Positions 25,074 through 34,526 of a stretch of DNA of 34,526 bases are shown piece after piece. Source of the stretch: Vermamoeba vermiformis (Eukaryota); contig JBEWZL010000017.1 in NCBI GenBank assembly GCA_045837725.1, forward strand, positions 62,001 to 96,526. The letters are read 5' to 3'. The notes beneath the pieces were generated by a model. It saw nothing but the letters and a program-made list of their open reading frames with translations. It did not search any database and had not been told where the DNA came from. A program made the translations under genes and the position numbers. Every line of letters begins with the position of its first letter. Position 1 is the first letter of the stretch.

Positions 25074-28000
25074 ATGAGCGAGTTTGACCCACCACCACCT
25101 CCTCCTCCCCCAATAAGCGCGGGTCCTGGTGCTCCTCCACCACCGCCTGTGGTCAAACAAGAAGCGACAGGCGGATCTTCCTTAAGGTAAATTATTTAGC
25201 GCATTTTCGGCTGGAATTACGATTTAATAGCAACATCAAAATATATGAGCGTGTTATTCTATTTTTCAAATTTAAAATACGAAAGTTTCATTTTGCGATC
25301 GAAGTTTGAAATTGAATCTGCTCTTTCTAATGTTTATTTATGCAGTGCTTTATTAGCAAAACGATTAAAGACTGCCGATGAAGCGCCTGAAACAATTTCT
25401 GAAGCAGTTAGTCGAAGAGATTACACGTTTTTCAACGAGAAATCAAAGACTGGTTATGTCGGCCTATCAAATCAAGGTAAAATCGAATAAATATTTTATT
25501 TTTAACTGCTATAATTAATCGTGCAAATGGATAGAAAATAGATTGAAGTCAGCTAATTTAATTCAATATTTTAATTTTTTGACTGACAATTATTCCCTTT
25601 ACAGGAGCCACGTGCTATTTAAACAGTCTTATTCAAACGCTGTTCATGACTCCAGAATTTCGCTCGGCGTTGTATAGCTGGCATTACGATCAAAGTCACG
25701 GCGATAAAACTTGGTAAGTTTTTTCATCATTTTTCGTCATTGTTTTAAATATCGATTTTGTGACCGATAATGCCAATAATATACGCAAATACCATTATTT
25801 TTACTTATGGTAAGTTAAACTCATCGTTTGCAAAGGTGTATTCCGTATCAATTGCAAAAACTGTTCGTGCAACTTCAGCTCGGTGACAAGCCCATTGGTG
25901 AAACAACAGAGCTGACTAAGAGCTTTAGATGGACTCAAGCTGCCGCCGTAAGTGTCGAACTATAATATAATGTTAATAGAAGCCGATGTAACTGTTTTTT
26001 AGTTCCAACAACATGATATCCAAGAGTTGATGAAAGTATTGTTTGAAGCCATGGAAAAAATCTTCTTGAAAGGAAATTTGCAGCAAAAGAACTCGTATGT
26101 ATAGTCATATCGCGTATTTACGAGCCCGCTAATCTAAGTTCTTTTAGTACTCCCGTGCACCAAATGTTTGAAGGTCTGCTACGTGACTACATTCAATGCA
26201 ACGAATGCAAGTACACGCGCATGAGAACTGATGTGTTCTCTGACTTGCCGCTTGTCGTGCGTGACCTGAACACTATTTACGATGGTCTGTCGTTCTTTAG
26301 CAGACCTGAGCTATTGACAGATGACAACAAGTACGTGTCAAAAAATATATTCGAAACTTTCCTAATCGGGATGTATTTTGCAGGTGGATGTGCGACCAGT
26401 GTAATAAGAAACAAGACGCGCTTAAAGGTCTCAAATTACACAAACTGCCGTACTTCCTGACGGTGCTTTTGAAACGATTCGAGTTTGATTTTGCCACGAT
26501 GAGACGACTCAAGCTCGGCAATAAGATCTCTTTCCCGCTTGTTCTTGACATGAATCCGTTCGTGAACGAAGGTGAAAATGTCAACGTGTCAATCGAAGAA
26601 GCTTTTGGAATTCCTACTGGCGAACAACTGGTAAGCGTTTAAAACGTAAATAGTGTCTTATTACTTAATATACTATAGGACGTTGAGGAAATCAAAGATG
26701 AGCCAATTGATATGTCAAAATACGCGGGCAAAAACAACATTTACGAGCTGTACTCTGTTTTGATTCACTCAGGCGGTGCAATGGGCGGTCATTACTACGC
26801 ATTCATTAGAGACTTTGAGAGTGGCAAGTGGTTCAAGTTTAACGACTCGTCAGGTACGTGTAAATTAATTACTTTCACTGAAAAAATTTTTGATCACGTG
26901 GTACAGTCACCGAGATCAAGCAAAGTGAGATCATGCAAATGTTCGGCGGTGACACCAAGAAAGAAGGCAACAAGCCCTCAATTACTAACACGAGCTTCAA
27001 TACAAATGCTTACATGTTGCTGTACAGGTACGACTAGACTTCCTTTTTAGGCAATACTAATGAGTTGTCATCGTAGGCAATATGACCCAAGTCGTAACAT
27101 CAACGCGCTATCCAACATTGAAATTCCGCAGTATCTCATTGACGAGATTAAAGAAGAGAACGTCAAGTACCAAGAGGCCAAGGCTGAGTGGGTCAAACGA
27201 CAAAACAACTTGCCTTTGCAGATCTTCTACGACAATAAGACCTTTAATATCAACATCGATAAGAACGATACCGTAGCAACGGCCACGGTACGTCTCGTGC
27301 AAGTCCCTTTTGACACGTGAAAAACATTTCAAAATGACACGGCTAAGCGTGAATAGAACATCTTAAAGTTTTCAATTTTTTCACCGTGAAAAGTACTCAT
27401 GACACGTGTCAACTAACACATGTCGCAGAAAATGGCCCATGAAGTTGCAGGCCTGATTGGCAGTTCAACGCCACTAGATTGTGTGCGTCTTCGAGCATAT
27501 AATCCAGACACAGGCACTATCGGCGAATCATTTTCTCGTACGCCGACTGCAACTTTGAGCGAGCTGGCTTGGACCCCGAACAAACATTTGTACTTGGAGG
27601 CTAAGTTGCCTGGCACCGAGTTCCCGCCTGACAGCGAAGAGGTCAGTCATATGCATAACTCCTATAATAGACGGTCACTAAATAGATCTCGTAGATCGTT
27701 ATTCGCGCGATCAAGCTGAACAGTGCCACTCTCGCGTTCGAGCCACAACAAACATTCAAAGTCAATCACACGGCGACTGTTCTAGAACTCAAGCAACTGT
27801 TCAGCGAATCATTTAATTTTGACATCAATCAGACACTTATTGTCAAGTACGGTCAACTTATTTTCGGATCTGCAAAATTTTTCGTTGACGCTTTTCTACC
27901 AGGGTTTCGCCTGATGGTTTTACTACGAATTTGACAGATGACAGCAAACAGCTCGGCAAAGACTATCAGATCAAGGACGGCACGACATTGCACGTGGAAC

Positions 28001-29311
28001 AATGTGCAGATCCAAAGTTGAGCATAATTGCTGCTAAATTTGAAGAAGAAAGGAACAAGATTCAAATTTATTACAACTTGCTTGATGCTCGAGAATTCGA
28101 TCAAATGATTGCTATTGACAAGCGCAAGAGTTTGATCGAGTTGAAAGAAGAAATCAAAGGCGTGGTCGGAATTTCTCCGAGCGAGTTCATTCTTTGCAGA
28201 AATTTATTAGGCAAAGAGTATAAAGAAGAGCGCAAGTCACTCGATGAAGTTGGTTTGTTCGATGGATCTTCGGTGTTCGTGAAAAAGGTAGGTTCAAAAC
28301 TTTGCACAAATTTACCTGGATTACTAAATATGGAAATCTTAGGGCAACCCTGTGAAACTCAATCAAGTGCGCGTGACATTCGTGCCAATGCAACAACAAG
28401 ACGTGTTTGACTTGGCCAATCAATTCACTGAAGTGCTCGATGAGAATTTGAAGGTCGAAGAAATCAAAGCAATAATTGCCGCCAAAAATATCGATTTGCC
28501 ACATAGTACCGACCCCGCCTACATTCGAGTCCGCGAGAAGAAAGGTACGCCAAGATATTACCAAATATGGAAATACTGACCAAAGTTGACATCTTTAAAG
28601 TGTCACGAACTAGTGCAATTCTTTTCAATGGCAAGACTTTGAAGGAAAGTTTGCCGCATTTGAAAGACGGGCAAGAACTCGCTTTCACGATATTAGATCA
28701 CGTGGACACGTTGCAGCCCGATGAAATGTTGTTGAGCATTGAACGGTGGTCGCCGAGTGAAGCACAATTGGCTCCGAACTCGCTCGAAGAAATCATTATT
28801 AAGCGCGACAGTACTATTGGATTCGCTAAGTCTGTCATTGCGCAGCTGTACCACGTGTCTGTGCAACACGTGTGCGTGGCCAAGCCGTTCTTGTATCAGC
28901 TCAAGAAGGAGCTCAACACGTTAGGCGCTTCACTTAACTGGTACGAAATTTCATTCAAACGATTTACACGTGATTTTTCGACCCCCGATTTGCTACGAAA
29001 GTTCAATTTTAGTTTCGTATTTTCACCAATTTTTTGGTTCTTGTAGGTACGTGGACGACGAATGTCAGTTGACCAAGATGCCGTGGTACTTGCAAGACGG
29101 AGATTTGTTGTTGTGGAAAGACGACAGAGAGCCTGAAAAAGAAGTGCCGGTCAGTCAAGAAGGCGCGGCTGCTGGTCACGTGGCTCCTTCGCACAGAAGC
29201 AAAGAATCCGCGTTGAAGATTCACACTATTTACGACGATGATTCTGAGCTGATGCAACAGATCATTGAGCATCAGTTGAAAGAGAGCGAAAAAGACAGTC
29301 AACCGCAGTAA
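25074..29311 (+). CDS. USP47: Ubiquitin-specific protease, USP47-like, with C-terminal Ubl-like repeats
   Basis: Cys box [34 protein letters not shown], His box [19 protein letters not shown]...[15 protein letters not shown]; ends TAA. Confidence 0.88.
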
Positions 29312-29519
29312 ATTCATATTTTTTCTTTTTTTATCGAGATGTTGTAAAAAGTTCTGAAAGTTACTTCATTAATACTATTATATCATCATTAATTAACTCG
29401 GTTGGCATGCGAAAGTGAGCATTATCCTGACAAACTTTGAAGATTAACCGAAATATATGTTTTTTCAGTTCTTGCAAAATATTCTGACCGCGCACCTCAA
29501 ATTAAATACAACTTGCTTA

Positions 29520-30066
29520 ATGGATATGATCCAACAAAATAATGTTAACCAGGGTGAAGGCAAGCATGGAGAACTATTTTAAATAATTCTAAAATCATTT
29601 GCAGGATACACCGAAGAGTATGTTCCTTGGAGCGTGCAAGTATTTACTAGATTTGAAATTATGGAAATGCGATTAGCTGTGCAACTTCAAGCAGCGACCG
29701 ACCAGTTAAACAATATGATGTTGCTTCAAAAAACTGCAGATCTGCTGCCTACCTTGCGACAACGGAACCGGCTCTCATTTCTGGGCTTTCAACAAGAAAT
29801 TTATCCTCTTCCATCTTTGGCTCTAAAATGTACGTACAATTTGTTATTTCTGATTTTTGTTAATTGTAAATATTAATTTTGAAAATTACGACTAAGATCT
29901 GGGTCAACTCCCCCAAAACGCAAACGTATATTTTCCTGCAACAGTAAAAGATGCTAAATTATTAGGGCATTCTGAGCTGAACGCACTGCAAGAATTTTAC
30001 GGCAAGCAGTTTGCTGGAGATTTGGGACTTCGGCGCATCCGTTTCAGAATTTTCCTCACTGGTTAA
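29520..30066 (+). CDS. Small protein with a Mug135-like (DUF1773) C-terminal domain (tentative), 3 exons
   Basis: The last exon encodes GQLPQNANVYFPATVKDAKLLGHSELNALQEFYGKQFAGDLGLRRIRFRIFLTG, matching the FP.T...L.L....L..L..FY.....G....RR..F..F pattern as I recall it. Confidence 0.6.
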
Positions 30067-30180
30067 CAAAACTAACATGTCCTGCTGTAATTAATCTTAA
30101 CAATGATTTTTTTTCAAAAGGGTTAAACTTTGACCTCGCATCCGATCAACATTTCCTGCGTTTTAATTTCTTGTTATTAT

Positions 30181-31909
30181 TTACAGTTTTGAACGAATTT
30201 TTAAGTTTTGTTCTGTTGCCGGGTGCGGATGAATCGAAGAATTGAATTCTATTTCATCGGAAGGATTCAACGGCGCGAAGAATTTTTCAACTTCGTTAGC
30301 GGAGATTTCTTCAAGTGTACTCGGGTTCCATTTAATTGTATTATCCCGCTGTTTGGTGATCAACACGGACTTGACACCTTCTTGAATATCCGCGCGTCGG
30401 ACCATGCGCCAGCCAGTTCTATATAAGGAAAAAGTGTCAGTAAGTCACTACTTGACACGTGTCAAAAAAAGTGTCAAATTAGTTTTTTACCTGTATTCCA
30501 TTTTAAGAACCTCTCCTAATGTCATCGTGCGTGCTAATCGCATTTGCGCAAGAGTGACTTTCAAGCTCATCGGGCAATTTTTGTGCAGTTTGTCAATGAC
30601 ACTTTTCACAAAGGCCGTGTCTTCTGTCTCAGTCTTCAATCGCTTGATAATTTCTTCGACTGTATTTGCACTGAAGCATTTATCGATCAATTTCTTGCGC
30701 TTTGCTAATGAAGGCAATCCTAAGACAAAAATAAAATTGATAAATTTTTCAAGTGTCAAGATCCAAGTTCTCCGTACCAGTGTATTCAGTGAAACTAGCT
30801 ATGATTTCTTCAACCTCGCCTTTCTTTGATAAATCATAGGTAGTTAAAGCGTCCTAAAAATATCAATGCTATTAGATCCGGATCTTGTACATAATAATTT
30901 TCACTCTGGATGTACTTACCAATAACTCAACAATCTTGCTCTGTGGCATATAATGAGTTGCTATATTTGCGTAAATAGCGTCTGATGCGCCAATTCGATC
31001 GGCAGTCAACGCCAAGTAAGTGCCAATTTGACCGGGACATCTGTTCAAAAAGTGACTGCATCCGACATCCGCGACAAATCCAACAGCGCACTATAGTGTA
31101 TTATTATATATATGGTCCGTATAATAATAATAATTACAACGTACTTCGGGCATTGCAAAAGTCAAATTTTCCGTAGCAATACGATATTTTCCATTAATGG
31201 AAATACCAGCACCGCCACCCATCGTAATTCCGTTCAAGATGCAAATATAAGGCTTAGTATAGTGATGAATATAATGGTCGAGGTTATATTCAACTCTAGT
31301 AAATTTTTCTCGTCCTTCTTCGGGATGCGCAAATTGTTTAAGATCTCCGCCTAAAAATCAACGTAAATTAATAAATACGCAGTTATTTAAGATTAAAAAT
31401 TAATAAATTTTATATTAATTACCTGCACAAAAGGCTTTTTTGCCGGCGCCAAGAACGACAACGCAGTGGACACTTGGATCTTGCTCCCATTGCTTTAAAT
31501 AATTCATAATCTTCTCGAACATCTCTGTAAGTACAATATGTGTGTGTTAGAACATCGATATGATAATTGCGTATCATAATATTTTTGTTTAAAACCGGAG
31601 TAAATTTCAAAAAAATTAGATGGGATCTTAAAAATTTCCAACTGCATTAAATAAATCGCCCATTATTATGATCATTATAACACACGTGTTACATAATACT
31701 TACCAATGGTTAAAGCATTAAACGCCTTTTTTCTATTTAAAATAATTTGTCGACATCCATTTTCAAACTCTCGCACGACAATTACGTCCTATAATACGCG
31801 CAAATAATTAAACAAATATATTTACTATAACATTAATTGCTTCAATCGTGTCTACGACGTTTCACGAACTTACACTAGATTTGGGTACTTTCACTAACGC
31901 TTTGCTCAT
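30181..31909 (-). CDS. HIBCH: 3-hydroxyisobutyryl-CoA hydrolase family (crotonase fold) with C-terminal SKL, 8 exons
   Basis: LNRKKAFNALT, KAFCAGGDL, NGITMGGGAGIS, FAMPECAVGFVADVG, ATHY, CPMSLKVT, MEYR, EGVKSVLI, W.PSTLEEI...FF. Confidence 0.92.
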
Positions 31910-32178
31910 TGCTGATTGCCCGGTTTATAGCACGTATTAATCCAATGTATAGTGCACACTTGATATATAATGAATAATACATTCAGGTAGAACCAACAAA
32001 AATTGGTGATTTTTACAGCGTAAGCTCATTCTAGATTTCATACAGAGAACAAACACAATTCTGACAATTTTCTAGTTTCTCTTAGAGAATCGAATCCATT
32101 GACCGATATGATTATTAATTCATAGCTTAATACACTGGGCCTACTGATAGTTGTGTTCATTTCGTTTATTTAGCAGCG

Positions 32179-33974
32179 ATGGAGATCAATCAAGTAAGTT
32201 CCAATTTATTACTATTAAAATGACGTTATTTTTAACGAATTATTAGAATTTATTTGAAGAGTTTCCACCAGAAATCAACTTTTGGATCGAATCATTTTTT
32301 GACAGAGAATGCCGTTTAAGAGCACGATTAATTTGCAAGAAGTGGTTTTAGCTATATAATACCTCAAATTTTGATATTTATTTGCCTGATGGCTCTCAAA
32401 TAGACGATATCGTTGACACGTTCAGCAGATGTCAACAACCATTCAGTTTGAAGTTTCATAAAGCAGATAAACTCTCGCAGAAGGTCATGGGTACCCGCGA
32501 TGTATTTAATAAGCTGACGAACCTCACTGGCCTTGAATTTTCAATGTTGAACAAGAAACGATTGGAATCATTGTTGGTTTTAAACTTTTCGCCGGATCTC
32601 CAACGCGTTGAAGGACCTTTATCGATCAAATTCTCCCACTCATTAGTAGCAACATCGTTAACTCGCTTGGACGTTAGTTCAATGCTCGCCGACAAAGCAA
32701 AGGATTGGCCCAAATTGCCAAATTTGGAATTCTACGCTGGACGTGGCTTTGCTAAAATTCCAATATTTGAACAGACGCCCAAACTTACAACATTAATAAT
32801 ACGACGTACTGACGTCGATTGGCTGGTGCAACAAAAATTGAACAAATTGAAGAATCTTAAAGTTTTGAAGATCTGCGAAAACTGCTCGCTAGTACACCGA
32901 TATTTTTTTAAACCGATTGCCTAATTTGGAAGATGTCGAAGTAATGGCTCCTACCAGTCGAGATCTGTTGAGTGTAACAGTACAAGACTGACACGATTAA
33001 AGACGAAGATTTTGTTTCAAGGATTCACCAAACATTCAACAACGCTCAAGTCATTGACAGTACAACCTGGAAAACTTGGTCGCACGAATGACAATGATTT
33101 GATCGGATTAAAAGAATTTCCGCATTTAGAAGAATTTTGTTTAAATGGGCAAGAAGAAGAGCAACAGAATATTGAAGTCACCATAAAAATTTTCCAATTC
33201 ATGAACCCAAAAACGCTCACAAAGTTGTCAGTAGACCTAAAATCGAAAGAAATTGAAATTTCATCGTTCACGAACCTCCGCGAGCTCAATTTAGCGCTAC
33301 GTCAATCAATCATTGAAATGGCGGTTTTATCAAATTTATCAAACTTGACCAAACTATCGATTGGAGGCATCAAAACACCTGAACTGGATTGGCTAAATAG
33401 ACTAACGAACCTACGAGCACTATACTTGGACTTCAAATCATTACATAACTCCAACGAAGTGCCACTGGATCTTGCGGAATTGACCAACTTGCGAACACTT
33501 GTCATCACACCACGAACCAACAAAGTCATCCATTCGCTCACCAAACTGACGAAACTGGAGAGACTTGAGTTCCCAATAACAAATGAAGACATTTTTCACG
33601 ACCAATGGCTTGCATTGACTTCATTATCTTTCCGTCAAGCCACAGACAACGAAAAAGTTTCAAAGTTGACACGACTGCGAGAGTTAAATTGCATTGTGAT
33701 TACAAATGACGAGATAGTACAGCTCACGAGTATGCAGAAACTGACGAGATTCATTTGCAGAAGCACCACAGCGAACTCGATGTTTTTGACACATTTGACA
33801 TCTTTGCAGTCCGTTGCGTTCTCGAGCAATGTATCACCCGCTGACTGGGCCACGGTGCAGCCTTGGTCTTATTACAACGCTTACCCTGATGTCATCAGAA
33901 AACTTCCGAATTTTATCGATGGACCAAAAGACGATACAACGCTGACCTATTGTTTTCAGTTGCTTAATCAATAA
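32179..33974 (+). pseudogene. F-box plus LRR protein with in-frame TAG (32349-32351) and two compensating frameshifts (about 32905 and 32975)
   Basis: F-box FEEFPPEINFWIESFF...ARLICKKWF*, then many LTNLRxLxL repeats. The LRR-like LNRLPNLEDVEV lies in the +1 frame between two same-frame ORFs. Confidence 0.75.
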
Positions 33975-34526
33975 ACCGTTGCGCCTTTGGTTAAGTGCAA
34001 TTAACCCCACCTGGATCCTGTTGACATTTATGACTCTTGTAGGGAGGCGATAAACCGGCGCCGGTCTAGACCACCGAGCCGTCGGTCTGCACGACGATTG
34101 CACTGACTTAAAACCGACTTAGACCACATGTCTGCCAATTCAACCCGTGGATGCCACTCGCATCAGTTCAATGCCAAATTTGTACTACTGTCACGTATCG
34201 TAAGAGACAACGGCAAAGCTTAATCTTTTGAGAAACTTTAACAGCCCCTATGACGTTTAAAGGCGACTTTCGGGCAGATCTGACATGCCCAAACGACACC
34301 TGACTCTAACTTATCCGTTTGTCAATTGCCTCATCTAAACGAGTAATAGAATAGAATTCGTTTCTTTTTGTGAATTTTAGGCAGCGGACAAAATCTTTTT
34401 CTTTCATTTTTCCAATTATTATTATCTTAGTTTTCCAACCAACACATTAGTCCTAACTCTAACATAGCGATTATTAAGTGTTAGCAGTACGGATAACTTA
34501 TTGAATTTTTGGTTTAATTGGTACTG

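Noticed and set aside
3477-33853. Many antisense or alternative-frame ORFs in the track (e.g. 3477-3932, 9975-10463, 15166-15633, 30404-30829, 33017-33853)
   Set aside because: They are shadows of real exons on the opposite strand or frame, with no motifs of their own.
34065-34080. tRNA-like 5' end GGCTCGGTGGTCTAG on the minus strand
   Set aside because: No B-box/T-arm (GTTCRA) and no acceptor-stem partner.
34218-34233. Near-match to the 18S rRNA 5' region (TCTCAAAGATTAAGC)
   Set aside because: It has an extra base, no flanking rRNA similarity and no convincing C/D boxes.
1-34526. CRISPR array, prokaryotic operon or defence island
   Set aside because: The sequence is spliceosomal-intron-rich eukaryotic DNA with no repeat-spacer array; the only direct repeat has two copies.

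Overview
Compact, AT-rich, intron-dense eukaryotic DNA. Introns are mostly 45-70 nt GT-AG, and the gene families suggest a free-living, probably amoebozoan, protist (inference). The ORF track is fragmented by introns, so I spliced 16 gene models by hand: proteasome alpha-7 (PSMA3), an atypical kinase with a possible REase-like domain, an MDR/enoyl-reductase-like enzyme, a PA-domain 7TM protein, GH38 alpha-mannosidase, endonuclease III (NTH1), a secreted LRR protein, a membrane-anchored GlfB-C-like protein, a CAP/SCP surface protein, two tandem 2OG-Fe(II) oxygenases, a Ras-like-BTB-BTB-BACK protein, a USP47-like deubiquitinase, a Mug135-C-like protein, an HIB-CoA hydrolase ending in SKL, and an F-box/LRR pseudogene. 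Most interesting: (1) two otherwise intact genes have an in-frame TGA followed by meaningful protein, one hiding an NLS plus a textbook D-box; (2) a highly structured 120-170 nt non-coding element lies downstream of one of them; (3) a hidden 51-nt cassette exon in NTH1 encodes a PIP-box-like motif; (4) introns carry recurring GATC and TGACACGTGTCA motifs. No CRISPR array, rRNA, tRNA or clear transposon was found. All family calls come from motif recognition, not database searches.
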